Notes: a model not told the origin generated them from the sequence alone. Positions 29,946-39,428 are shown, numbered from the stretch's first letter. The stretch: DNA of 64,000 bases from Arcanobacterium sp. (GCA_022768785.1 JALELI010000125.1:1865-65864); one strand, 5' to 3'. Numbers and translations: made by a program.

Positions 29946-30001
29946 ACCCTCCTGTGGCGGAGAGACCGTCACCGTTGAGACCAAAGGAGGTGGGTACACA
30001 C
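29946..30001 (+). promoter_or_regulatory. Probable S6:S18 autoregulatory leader of rpsF
   Basis: ACCCTCCT (anti-SD) - GTGGCGG/CCGTCAC stem - CCG - AGGAGG SD; resembles the widespread S6:S18-binding leader. Confidence 0.55.
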
Positions 30002-30307
30002 ATGCGTGATTATGAAATGATGATCATTCTCGATCCTGAAGTGGACGAGCGCAATCTGCAGTCGATGCTCGATAAGCTGCTTTCCGTGGTGCCAGAGCAA
30101 GGTGGCACTCTTGTGAAAGTAGATGTGATGGGCCGGCGCGTGCTTGCTTATCCGATTAACAAGAAGAGCGAAGGCATCTATGTGGTGGTTTATATGAACA
30201 CCACACCTGATACTGCTCAAGAACTCGATCGGCAGCTCAACCTGAACGAATCAATTTTGCGCACAAAACTGCTGCGCTACGAAGCTCCTTCCGTGAAGAA
30301 AGACTGA
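30002..30307 (+). CDS. rpsF: 30S ribosomal protein S6
   Basis: [12 protein letters not shown]...[17 protein letters not shown]...[12 protein letters not shown]. Confidence 0.98.
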   Translation: MRDYEMMIILDPEVDERNLQSMLDKLLSVVPEQGGTLVKVDVMGRRVLAYPINKKSEGIYVVVYMNTTPDTAQELDRQLNLNESILRTKLLRYEAPSVKKD

Positions 30308-30321
30308 GTGGGAGGCGGATT

Positions 30322-30834
30322 ATGGCAGGCGAACCGATCATAACCTTGGTGGGCAACCTCACTGCTGATCCTGATCTTCGCTATGTGAGCTCTGGAATTC
30401 CGGTGGCGAGTTTCACTGTGGCATCAACACCGCGCACTTTGAACCGGCAAACCAATGAATGGGAAGACGGCGAGGCGATGTTTGTGCGCTGCACAGTGTG
30501 GCGTGAATATGCGGAGAACGTGACTGAATCACTCAGCAAGGGAATGCGCGTGGTAGTGACTGGGAAACTCCAGGTGCGCAGCTATCAGCGCAATGATGGC
30601 TCTCAGGGTACATCAATTGAGATGCAGGTGGACGAAGTGGGACCTTCGCTGCGCTATGCCACAGCAAAGGTGGAAAAGACTTCTGGCTCCGCTCGCGGAG
30701 GCTTTAGCCAGGGAGGTTACGGCCAAGGTAGCGGCCAGGCTTCCTACAATGCTCCTGCCGGTGGTTCAGCCAATGATATGTGGGCCCAAGGCCCGCGCGG
30801 AGGCTCCTCCTTCGATGATAATCCGCCATTCTAG
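30322..30834 (+). CDS. ssb: Single-stranded DNA-binding protein
   Basis: [15 protein letters not shown], Gly-rich linker, acidic tail FDDNPPF. Confidence 0.98.
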   Translation: MAGEPIITLVGNLTADPDLRYVSSGIPVASFTVASTPRTLNRQTNEWEDGEAMFVRCTVWREYAENVTESLSKGMRVVVTGKLQVRSYQRNDGSQGTSIEMQVDEVGPSLRYATAKVEKTSGSARGGFSQGGYGQGSGQASYNAPAGGSANDMWAQGPRGGSSFDDNPPF

Positions 30835-30934
30835 GCAATCTGAGAAGCTACTCGGAGATAGGCTGCTGCTGAGATACAGCAAGCTATAAAGCGTTTGCGG
30901 CTCTTCGGAGCCACTCCAGGAAAAGAGGATAAAA

Positions 30935-31171
30935 ATGGCTAAGCAACCAATGCGCAAGCCGCGGAAGAAGATCGCGCCAGTAAAGGCGATCAAAGTTGGA
31001 CACATCGATTACAAAGACACAGCCACGCTGCGCCGTTTCATTTCGGATCGCGGCAAGATTCGTTCCCGCCGAGTGACTGGTGTGGGTGTGCAAGAGCAGC
31101 GCCAAATTGCACGCGCTGTGAAAAATGCCCGCGAGATGGCACTTTTGCCGTACACGAGCTCAAAGCACTGA
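30935..31171 (+). CDS. rpsR: 30S ribosomal protein S18 (Cys-free form)
   Basis: [26 protein letters not shown]...AREMALLPY. Confidence 0.98.
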   Translation: MAKQPMRKPRKKIAPVKAIKVGHIDYKDTATLRRFISDRGKIRSRRVTGVGVQEQRQIARAVKNAREMALLPYTSSKH

Positions 31172-31183
31172 GGAGGGTAGCAG

Positions 31184-31630
31184 ATGAAGATTATTCTGAC
31201 TCACGAGGTGAAAGGCCTTGGTGCTGCTGGCGATGTGGTGACAGTGAAAGATGGCTATGGCCGCAACTATTTGATTCCGCGTGGCTATGCCGCTGCGTGG
31301 ACAAAAGGTGCCCAGCGCCAGATTGATCAGATCGCTGAAGCCCGGCGTAAGCGCGCCACTGATGATCTAGAAGCGGCACGCGAGCTGCGTGATGAGCTCG
31401 AGGCGGCAACGATTGTGGTCACTAAGAAGGCTGGCGAAAATGGCCGATTCTTCGGCTCAATCACAGCGGCTGATATCGCTGCTGCAGCCACTGAACTTCT
31501 GGGTAAGGCTGTGGATCGCCGTACGATCACGATGGATTCGACAGTGAAGAGCGCTGGCAACTACACCGGTTCAGTGAAACTGCACGACGACATTGTGGCC
31601 GCAATCAAGGTGCAGGCAAAAGCTGCATGA
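31184..31630 (+). CDS. rplI: 50S ribosomal protein L9
   Basis: MKIILTHEVKGLGAAGDVVTVKDGYGRNYLIPRG. Confidence 0.98.
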   Translation: MKIILTHEVKGLGAAGDVVTVKDGYGRNYLIPRGYAAAWTKGAQRQIDQIAEARRKRATDDLEAARELRDELEAATIVVTKKAGENGRFFGSITAADIAAAATELLGKAVDRRTITMDSTVKSAGNYTGSVKLHDDIVAAIKVQAKAA

Positions 31631-31708
31631 TATTAATGGGTGATTCATTAGACTACTCAACTGAGAGTGATGCCGGGCGGTGTAACTGAAGCTTTCGGCT
31701 GTTCTCAC

Positions 31709-31749
31709 AATGGCGAGTTTTCAACGCATTACGTTGAAAACTCGCCATT
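31709..31749 (+). terminator. Intrinsic terminator of the rpsF-rplI operon
   Basis: AATGGCGAGTTTTCAACG-CATTA-CGTTGAAAACTCGCCATT (18-bp perfect stem) ending in a T-run. Confidence 0.8.
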
Positions 31750-31808
31750 TTTGTGCTCTGAGGTGCCGTGAGATGGCCACGTTCTTTGACGATTACTGAG
31801 GGCTGTGC

Positions 31809-31897
31809 GATGAGCTCGAGGCGGCAACGATTGTGGTCACTAAGAAGGCTGGCGAAAATGGCCGGTTCTTCGGCTCAATCACAGCTGCTGATATCGC
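31809..31897 (+). repeat. 89-bp direct duplicate of an internal rplI segment (31391-31479)
   Basis: 87/89 identical by manual alignment; no start codon, with in-frame stops on both sides. Confidence 0.95.
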
Positions 31898-31955
31898 CAC
31901 CGGGCAGTACTGAAAACCAACGAGCAGAGTTTGATTACAGTAGACAACTGATCTA

Positions 31956-31968
31956 ATTGTAGTACAAT
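31956..31968. promoter_or_regulatory. Candidate GntR/FadR-type operator upstream of MFS gene
   Basis: Palindrome ATTGTA-G-TACAAT about 65 bp upstream of ATG 32033. Confidence 0.55.
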
Positions 31969-32032
31969 CATTTTTGCAGTATGACAAGCACTGTTTCTCG
32001 GTATATCGATGATGATAGAACGGATCGTAATT

Positions 32033-33364
32033 ATGGCCCACAAAGAAAAAGAAGTAGATGAAGCCGAGCAGATCGCTCTTCGCTATAAAGCAGCTCACCC
32101 GAAAGAATACAAAGAATATATAAAACGCCATTGGGTAGTGTTTGCGGTGGCCTATTTTGGCTATGTGTGCGCATATTTAGTGCGCAATAATTTCAAGCTT
32201 TCATCGGAGCAAATTCGGATCGACAATGGATGGTCGCTAATTCAGGTGGGCATGATTCTCACCGGATTTACTATCGCTTATGGCATCGGGAAATTCATCA
32301 TGGGCATGGTGGTAGATAATATTTCTTTACGCAAGGCGTTTGCGGGGGCACTTGCGGGCTCTTCCATCATCTGTATCGTTATGGGTTTCACCACGTCTGT
32401 GTGGTTTTTCTTTATTTTGATGCTGTGCTTGGGAATGATCCAAGGGGTGCTTTCTCCAGGTTCGCAATCAATGATTGCAAACTGGTTTCCCAATAAAACT
32501 CGGGGAGCTGGAATTGCCGTATGGAACACGTCGCAAAATCTGGGTGGTGCCTTGCTGCCCATGATGCTTGGCGGCTTTGCGGGTGCTGGTTTGCCAATCC
32601 GCTACTCTTTCTGGGTGCCTGCCGTCATTGTGCTGCTGCTTTCGTTTCTCTTCTGGAAATTTGGTGGTGACCGCCCAGAGGAAGAGGGGCTTCCCACATT
32701 GCGTGATATTTATGGGCATCATGGTGTGCCTATGGCTGATGAAGTTCCAGAGGGAAACTTCTGGCAAATCATGGTTAAATATGTGTTCACAAACCGGCTG
32801 CTGCTCACAATTGGTTTAATTAACGCCATTCTGTATTTCCTACGATTTGGTGTGGAAAACTGGATGCCGGCATTTTTGGGCACAGAGCTTGGGTTCACAG
32901 AAGTTCAATACACCACAGCGTTCGCGGTGCTCGAATGGGTGGCTATTCCGGGGTGCTTTTTCTTCGCCTGGGTGGCGCTTAAATTGCCGAATCGACAGTC
33001 TCTCGTAGGTGGGATTGGCCTCATCGCCCTCGCTGCGCTCGTGGTAGTGTATCACCAAAATACGAACTATGGCCTCTTGTTGGTTGTTTCTGGAATTATG
33101 GGAGCTTTGATCTATGGGCCGCAGCTTATTATTAATATCCTCACTCTCAACTTTGTGCCGCTCGAAGCTGCCGGCACTGCGGTGGGATTTGTGGGGCTTT
33201 TTGGTTATATCGTAGGTGAACTCGCAGCGAATCTCATCATGCCTATTCTGGCTCAATCCTTCTCGTGGACGACGTCATTCATATTTATGGCAGGCACAGG
33301 TGTTGTGGCAGGATTGCTGTATTTCTCTCTTGCGCGGGCAGAGAAGAAAGTGGTGGACGTCTAA
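32033..33364 (+). CDS. MFS organophosphate:Pi antiporter (OPA family; GlpT/UhpT/PgtP-like)
   Basis: AYLVRNNFK (conserved Arg), AYGIGKF, ANWFPNKTRG..WNTSQNLGG, FLRFGVENW, GALIYGPQ. Confidence 0.88.
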   Translation: MAHKEKEVDEAEQIALRYKAAHPKEYKEYIKRHWVVFAVAYFGYVCAYLVRNNFKLSSEQIRIDNGWSLIQVGMILTGFTIAYGIGKFIMGMVVDNISLRKAFAGALAGSSIICIVMGFTTSVWFFFILMLCLGMIQGVLSPGSQSMIANWFPNKTRGAGIAVWNTSQNLGGALLPMMLGGFAGAGLPIRYSFWVPAVIVLLLSFLFWKFGGDRPEEEGLPTLRDIYGHHGVPMADEVPEGNFWQIMVKYVFTNRLLLTIGLINAILYFLRFGVENWMPAFLGTELGFTEVQYTTAFAVLEWVAIPGCFFFAWVALKLPNRQSLVGGIGLIALAALVVVYHQNTNYGLLLVVSGIMGALIYGPQLIINILTLNFVPLEAAGTAVGFVGLFGYIVGELAANLIMPILAQSFSWTTSFIFMAGTGVVAGLLYFSLARAEKKVVDV

Positions 33365-33401
33365 TAGTGTGCACTCCGTTGTATATGTGCACGTAAACAA
33401 G

Positions 33402-33515
33402 TGCGCGAATCACAGATCAGCGTAATATGCCGGGCAGTATGCGTTTCTCGTGAGATTTCATAGAGATGGCTCGTGGTTGGCTGCATGGAATCGAAAGCGA
33501 TCTGTGATTCGCGCA
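33402..33515. repeat. 17-bp perfect inverted repeat with 80-bp spacer between convergent MFS genes
   Basis: TGCGCGAATCACAGATC (33402) and GATCTGTGATTCGCGCA (33499). Confidence 0.85.
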
Positions 33516-33573
33516 TTTCTGTGGATGTACTAGTTTTATCTGCTGTTTGCGGATGCGCGCTAGAGATGATGCG

Positions 33574-34884
33574 CTATGAATACGCTAAAAGCACTGATCG
33601 TTTTTCATAAGGACGTAGCCAGCGATACAGTATGGCCGTTAATAATGCTGCAGCTGCCAGAATGAGATAGATGGAGTTCCAGCCGTATCGAGCGGCGATC
33701 CCAGGGATTGCGAGATTTGCTAGCACTTCTCCAATGAGATAGCCAGAGAGCCCTACGGCTCCCACTGCTGCTCCGACCATGCGCGGAGGTAGTAGATTAA
33801 CGGTGAGTACATTCACGATCACTTGCGGAGCATAGAAGAGCCCTCCTAGAAGCGCTGCAGCATAAAACGTGGCATGGGCATCTTGCGCATTGCGATAAAT
33901 CAGTAGAACCCCTGCGAGTACTAACATTGAAATTATCCCCACAGTGCACATTCCAGCAGGCCATTTCCATGCGATAAATGCAAAGAGAATCACCATAGGA
34001 ATTGCCGTGAGCTCTAAAGCTGCAAATGTATTTTGCGCTTGAATGAGCGAAAATCCTTTTGCTTCGGGGAGATAGAACGTAATCCAATTGATTACACCAA
34101 AACGCACGAGATAGAGCAAAGCGTTGAGGGTAAGTAAGATAAAGAGCACTGGAGATGTGGTGAGTGCGCTCCATAACAATCGCCAATATGAATCTTGTGC
34201 GTGTATATCAGTGTTTGGTAGGCCCGCTTTGCCATACATTGCTGTGAGTGTAGGGTGGCCCTCTTGCCAGGGGCGTTCTTTGCCTGCGGTGAAAAGCCAA
34301 ATAGAGAAAATAAATGAAATAAGGGCAGGAATCCAGAAGATCAAGCGCCATTCGCCGGAAAAATTATCAAGCACCACCATGGCAAAAGCGGCTAGTGTAG
34401 CTGCACCGAGATTTTGCGAGGTATTCCAGGCCGTCACAGCCGCACCACGCAAAGAGTTGGGATACCATGTGCTAATCATGCCAAGAGCAGCGGGAGCGCC
34501 CGCTCCTTGTAGTACGCCCAGGAGTGCCATCGCTACCACGAGGGCGAGAAAAGAGCTAAGGAATGGAATCGCGGCACAGATCACTGATGATGCGGCCACG
34601 CAGCCAGCGAGCATCATGCGCATAGATGTGCGATCCATCAACACACCCATCAGCAGTTTTCCAGGGGCATAGGCAACTGTAAAAGCGGCGAGAATGAAGC
34701 CGATTTGTATGGGAGAGATCCCAAGATCATTAGCCATTGGGTGGGAGGCGAGTTTGAGGTTGTTGCGCACGAGGTAGCAAAAGGCATAGCCAAAGTAGGC
34801 CACGGCAAACACCATGTGCCGGTCTGCGAGGTATCTATCTCTGCCGTGTTGTTCACGAGGGGCAAAACTATCGAAGTGAGCCAC
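33574..34884 (-). CDS. Second OPA-family MFS transporter (paralog)
   Basis: CYLVRNNLK, STWYPNSLRG..WNTSQNLG, YLVRFGVINW, LFYAPQ; start codon uncertain. Confidence 0.86.
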   Translation of the reverse strand: MAHFDSFAPREQHGRDRYLADRHMVFAVAYFGYAFCYLVRNNLKLASHPMANDLGISPIQIGFILAAFTVAYAPGKLLMGVLMDRTSMRMMLAGCVAASSVICAAIPFLSSFLALVVAMALLGVLQGAGAPAALGMISTWYPNSLRGAAVTAWNTSQNLGAATLAAFAMVVLDNFSGEWRLIFWIPALISFIFSIWLFTAGKERPWQEGHPTLTAMYGKAGLPNTDIHAQDSYWRLLWSALTTSPVLFILLTLNALLYLVRFGVINWITFYLPEAKGFSLIQAQNTFAALELTAIPMVILFAFIAWKWPAGMCTVGIISMLVLAGVLLIYRNAQDAHATFYAAALLGGLFYAPQVIVNVLTVNLLPPRMVGAAVGAVGLSGYLIGEVLANLAIPGIAARYGWNSIYLILAAAALLTAILYRWLRPYEKRSVLLAYS

Positions 34885-34980
34885 GTAATTCCCCTGAAGC
34901 CTAGTGAAAATGAATGTCCTAGATATAATTGTATGTAGATCCAAGTGATTGTATAGCGATCATAGAGAATAAGGTGGCAC

Positions 34981-35583
34981 ATGAATCGATTGCATCGGTT
35001 AGCTGATGAGCTTGCTGCACATCTACGCGATCGTATTATCGCTGGCGATATTCCAGGAGGCGAGAGCCTTGCTGAGGCAGGGCTCGCCCAAGAATACGGA
35101 GTGGCTCGCCCAACGGCTCGCACAGCCATTGAGCTGCTTTTACTTGATGGATTGGTGCAAAAGAAACCGCACATGCCAGCAGTGGTATCGCGGGTGCCGG
35201 CAAGCGATATACCAGAAATTCTTGGGCTACTTAATATTTCAGAAGATTTTGCACTAGAGCGGGTACTGCGCAACGATCCAGATGTGCGCCCTTTGCGTAA
35301 ATTGCGTGATGCTTCCACGTATTCTCTGCTCGATAAGCTTGTGGAGCTGGCCGAATCAGAGCGACTTCACGCTGTGCACCGGCGTAGTACATATGAATTA
35401 TTGCTGGCACAGCTCCATCTTTCAGTTACATTTGTAGATGATGGCGAAGACCGCCTACAGCTTGTAGAAGCGGTGATGCGAGTGGATGGCGATGCTGCGC
35501 ACACTGCGCTTAAGCGTATTCAGCAGGCACGTGAGCATTCGGTGGTGGGAGTAGCTCCGCATGTAGCAGCACTCGCTCAGTAA
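34981..35583 (+). CDS. GntR-family transcriptional regulator
   Basis: LRDRIIAGDIPGGESL.E..LAQEYGVARPTARTAI..L..DGLV wHTH; divergent from the second MFS gene. Confidence 0.88.
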   Translation: MNRLHRLADELAAHLRDRIIAGDIPGGESLAEAGLAQEYGVARPTARTAIELLLLDGLVQKKPHMPAVVSRVPASDIPEILGLLNISEDFALERVLRNDPDVRPLRKLRDASTYSLLDKLVELAESERLHAVHRRSTYELLLAQLHLSVTFVDDGEDRLQLVEAVMRVDGDAAHTALKRIQQAREHSVVGVAPHVAALAQ

Positions 35584-35849
35584 AGTAGTACTTCAGAAAC
35601 AGTGATGCTGAGCAGCACAGAATTTTTGCAGTTCGGTTTTTTATATTTGTATGGCTCGTTGGGTATGCGTATATATAGCTAACTCTGCAGAGGTCGATGT
35701 TTTGGTGTAAAAGCCGCTCATTCTTGTGGCGTGTGGGCAATGAGAAGTGTTTGAGATATGAATGAGAGTGTGTCACACACTGATATGGCGTGTGCAAACT
35801 TGAAGTAAATTTTAAAGAAAAGAAACGCAGAGGATAAACGAAGTGTTAA

Positions 35850-36016
35850 TTACCCACAGATGTGGATAATATTGGGGACAATATCATGCGGTTTCTGGGA
35901 GATAATCCACAAGTGTGAATAATGGAGAAAAAAATTGTGGATAACTTCATCTTTTATCCACTATTTATTCGCAAAACATCGGCGCGTTGTCCACAGAATT
36001 CCTTAAAGAATCCACA
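35850..36016. promoter_or_regulatory. DnaA-box cluster upstream of dnaB
   Basis: TGTGGATAA at 35861 and 35936, TGTGAATAA 35914, TTACCCACA 35850, TAATCCACA 35903, TTATCCACT 35954, TTGTCCACA 35987, plus weaker boxes. Confidence 0.8.
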
Positions 36017-36163
36017 GGGTGATGCTGTGCGTACATGGTGGGCTTTGCGGCATACTGAAAACTGCATACTGATACTAAAGATAGCTAAGCGTCACAACTG
36101 CAGCCATTCACATGGTGCTTTCGTTGTTGCTTTGCATCAAAATCCGAGAAAATGTGAGGGAAA

Positions 36164-37513
36164 ATGGCACAAGGCATAGACGGTACAGCTTTTGATAGAA
36201 CACCGCCACAAAATGTGGAAGCTGAAATATCAGTGCTTGGCGGAATGCTCATCAATAAAGATGCCATTGCCGATGTGGTGGAAATTATCCACGAGCATGA
36301 TTTTTATCGCCCTCAGCACGCCCTTATTTTTCACACGATTCTCGATCTCTTTGCCAAAGGAGAGCCAGCTGATGCAATTACGGTGAGTGCCGAGCTCTCC
36401 CGCCAAGGAAAGCTTGAGCAAGTGGGGGGATTGCCTTATCTGCATACGTTAGTTTCTTCTGTGCCCACTTCAGCTAACGCTGCCTATTATGCAAAGCTGG
36501 TGCTCGATCAGGCCAAGCTGCGAGCCTTGGTGGAGGCTGGCACTAAGATTGTGCAGCTCGGATACAACACTGATGGTGGCGATGTAGACGGCTTGATGGA
36601 AACCGCTCAAGAAGAGATGTTTGCTGTGGCGGAATCTCATATTAAGCACGACTATAAACGCCTGGATTCAGTGCTTGATGAAGTGCTAGTGGAGATTGAA
36701 AAAAACAATGCTAGAGACGGCAAATTAGCGGGCCTCTCCACTGGATTTAGTGAGCTTGATGATATTTTAGGTGGTCTGCGAGCTGGGCAAATGATTATTG
36801 TGGCTGCCCGCCCAGGCATGGGGAAATCCACTTTGGCAATGGATTTTTGCCGGCATGTGGCAATCAAGCAACACCTGCCGGTAGCTTTTTTCTCACTGGA
36901 AATGAACCGTACCGAATTAGTGATGCGCGTGCTTGCTGCGGAATCTAATGTGTTTCTCAACAACTTGATCAAAGGTGGTCTCAAGCAAGACCAGTATCAG
37001 CGCATTGCGCAAACTGTGGATCGCATCGGAGATGCTCCGCTGATCGTAGACGATTCCCCCAACCTCACTATGACGGAAATTAGGGCAAAAGCGAGGCGTT
37101 TAGCTCAGCAAGAGGGCATTCAAATGATCGTAATCGATTATCTGCAGCTGCTCACCTCTGGAGGGAAAGCAGTGGAATCACGCCAACAAGAGGTGTCGGA
37201 TTTCTCGCGCTCTATTAAGTTGCTCGCCAAAGAACTCAATATCCCAATCGTGGCAATTGCTCAGCTCAACCGCAATCCAGAGGCGCGTGCTGATAAGAAG
37301 CCGCAAGTGGCAGATCTGCGTGAATCGGGTTCACTGGAGCAGGATGCTGATGTGATCTTATTGATTCATCGCAAAGATATGGATTCTAACGGCCCAGATC
37401 AGCCGCCGTCTGAAATTATTATCGGCAAGCATCGATCTGGCCCCACTGGATCAGTGGAATTGATGTTCCAAGGTAGCCGAGCGCGCTTCGCCAATTTTGG
37501 CGGCGAGCTTTAA
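36164..37513 (+). CDS. dnaB: Replicative DNA helicase (no intein)
   Basis: PPQNVEAE.SVLGGML, AARPGMGKST, FSLEM, VIDYLQL, DLRESGSLEQDAD, KHRSGPTG. Confidence 0.98.
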   Translation: MAQGIDGTAFDRTPPQNVEAEISVLGGMLINKDAIADVVEIIHEHDFYRPQHALIFHTILDLFAKGEPADAITVSAELSRQGKLEQVGGLPYLHTLVSSVPTSANAAYYAKLVLDQAKLRALVEAGTKIVQLGYNTDGGDVDGLMETAQEEMFAVAESHIKHDYKRLDSVLDEVLVEIEKNNARDGKLAGLSTGFSELDDILGGLRAGQMIIVAARPGMGKSTLAMDFCRHVAIKQHLPVAFFSLEMNRTELVMRVLAAESNVFLNNLIKGGLKQDQYQRIAQTVDRIGDAPLIVDDSPNLTMTEIRAKARRLAQQEGIQMIVIDYLQLLTSGGKAVESRQQEVSDFSRSIKLLAKELNIPIVAIAQLNRNPEARADKKPQVADLRESGSLEQDADVILLIHRKDMDSNGPDQPPSEIIIGKHRSGPTGSVELMFQGSRARFANFGGEL

Positions 37514-37580
37514 ATCGTTTGAGAGTGCCAGAATTCCTCTACATCAACTTTCTGTATCAACCTGAGGCTGCTCTCACATA

Positions 37581-38261
37581 TCACTGCTCTTTAAACCAGC
37601 GAGTAATCGTGGTGGGGTGAGTGATGGCCGTGCCTACGCAGGCAGCATGCGCCCCTAAGCTGAGAGCTTGTGCCACATCGTGGGGGTGGTGAAGACGCCC
37701 CTCCACAATCACGGGTTTATCCACGGCACTCAGCACAGATTCGATAAACTCAAAGTCTGGCCCGTCAGTTTTTTCGCGAGCATATTCGTACCCTGGTGTG
37801 TAGCCTGCAAGGGTGGTGCCAATAAAATCTGCCCCTGCTTCGGCTGCGGCAATAGCATCGGGAACCGAAGCGCAATCGGCCATCACCAGCACCCCGGGGA
37901 ATTCATCGTGAATCGCCCGTGTGGCGTCTGCAAAGGTTTCTCCATTGAGGTGTGGGCGAAGCGTAGCATCAATAGCGATGATTTCCGCTCCGGCATAGGC
38001 ACATGCGCGAGCATGTGCGATAGAAGGAGTGATGTAGACACCTTCGTGGCCATACTTAATTAAGCCGATAATCGGAACATCTGTGGCCTGCCGAGCAGCG
38101 ATGATATCAGCCACGCCTTGTACACGTACGGCGTCTGCGCCTCCAGCCACCACGGCTTGTACCATTGCAGCTGTAATATCTGCACGCCGGAGTGGTTCAC
38201 CAGGGTAAGCCTGGCAAGAGACGATGAGGCCACCTTGCAGATGCTCTACTAAATTGCTCAC
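37581..38261 (-). CDS. nanE: N-acetylmannosamine-6-phosphate 2-epimerase
   Basis: LIVSCQAYPGEPL, IIGLIK, MADC, IGTTLAGYT, VEGR, VGTAITHP. Confidence 0.93.
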   Translation of the reverse strand: MSNLVEHLQGGLIVSCQAYPGEPLRRADITAAMVQAVVAGGADAVRVQGVADIIAARQATDVPIIGLIKYGHEGVYITPSIAHARACAYAGAEIIAIDATLRPHLNGETFADATRAIHDEFPGVLVMADCASVPDAIAAAEAGADFIGTTLAGYTPGYEYAREKTDGPDFEFIESVLSAVDKPVIVEGRLHHPHDVAQALSLGAHAACVGTAITHPTTITRWFKEQ

Positions 38262-38386
38262 GTTTCCTTCTTCCTTTGTGTGTTTTCGTGAAATTATGTA
38301 CGAGATTTTTGCTGCGGCTGGTTGCTAGGAGGCTCTCCACGAACTGATTTCCTCAGTTGAGCATGCGTGGAGTGAAACGTTGCCGC

Positions 38387-39358
38387 TTAATAAGTTTCGA
38401 TTCCGGCCAAACGGAACGCGTCGAGAGCCGCTCCCAGCAGGGCAGCATTGCTCTTGAGGCTCGCACGGCGAAGTTCCACCTTGTTGCGCATATATTCTGG
38501 CAAAAGTTCCAGCAGGCGCTTTTCCATGGCTTCCCACCAGGCACTTTGCGGCTTGGGTACGCCCCCTCCCAATACGATCACTTCAGGATCGAGCATCATC
38601 ACATACCAGCTGAGCACTTCTCCTAAACGCGCTCCGAGGATCTGTGTAACCCGCACAGCCACGGGATCGCCATTTTCAGCTAATTCCATAACGAACTGCC
38701 CGCGCGGATTACTAGCACTTGCAGCTCCACCTAACTCTCTGTAAAAACGCAGCATTGCTGGGCCAGCGCTGTTTTGCTCAAATTTTCCAGGCAGCGCGCC
38801 GTCTGTCACAACGGGGCCACCGTCGTGGAAAGGAATCCTAGCAGTGCCGATTTCCCCGCCAATATGATGAGCGCCATGCAGTACGGCGCCATTCACACAA
38901 AAAGCGCAGCCGATTCCCGTGCCCACAGCCACCATAAGCATAGATTGTGCGCCGCGGCCGGCTCCTTGCCACGATTCCCCTAAAGCGTGAGCATCGGCGT
39001 CATTTTGCACCTTGATCGGAATCTCTTGCGCCCAATCGAGGCGAGCCCGAAGGCCGGAAACAATATCGGTGCCGATCCAATTCACAATAGTGCCTGAAGA
39101 GTTCACAACGACCCCACGCTCGGCGTCAATTGATCCGGCAGCTCCGATGCCGATAGCTGCCGGAGTTTCGCTGAGAGCAGCATATTGCTGGGTAACTACG
39201 GAAGCTATGACATCAAGGATCGCCTCACCTCCGATACTGGAGGGAGTGCGTTCCGTGATGATTTTACCGAGTATTTCGCCTTGAGAGCTGACGAGAGCAG
39301 CAGCTGTTTTGGTGCCTCCCAAATCCACAGCGATGGCAGTTGGCAATGTTTTCGCCAC
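38387..39358 (-). CDS. nanK: ROK-family sugar kinase (probable N-acetylmannosamine kinase)
   Basis: VDLGGTK, VQNDADA.ALGE, VGTGIG, GGEIG; context between nanA and nanE. Confidence 0.78.
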   Translation of the reverse strand: MAKTLPTAIAVDLGGTKTAAALVSSQGEILGKIITERTPSSIGGEAILDVIASVVTQQYAALSETPAAIGIGAAGSIDAERGVVVNSSGTIVNWIGTDIVSGLRARLDWAQEIPIKVQNDADAHALGESWQGAGRGAQSMLMVAVGTGIGCAFCVNGAVLHGAHHIGGEIGTARIPFHDGGPVVTDGALPGKFEQNSAGPAMLRFYRELGGAASASNPRGQFVMELAENGDPVAVRVTQILGARLGEVLSWYVMMLDPEVIVLGGGVPKPQSAWWEAMEKRLLELLPEYMRNKVELRRASLKSNAALLGAALDAFRLAGIETY

Positions 39359-39428
39359 AGTTTTCTCCTTCCAAAGTTGTTCTCAAAGCAAAGCCTCTTC
39401 TGGGAAAATCCAGAAGAGGCGCAGCTCG

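Noticed and set aside
29915-30001. N-terminally extended RpsF in the ORF track
   Set aside because: The AGGAGG RBS and homology place the start at ATG 30002; the upstream part is a regulatory leader
31768-32131. ORFs 31768-31956 (+) and 31793-32131 (-)
   Set aside because: Out-of-frame and antisense readings of the duplicated rplI fragment and the MFS 5' end; no RBS or independent support
36164-37513. Intein in dnaB or gyrA
   Set aside because: DnaB is normal length and the GyrA catalytic-Tyr region (APRYTEAR) is continuous
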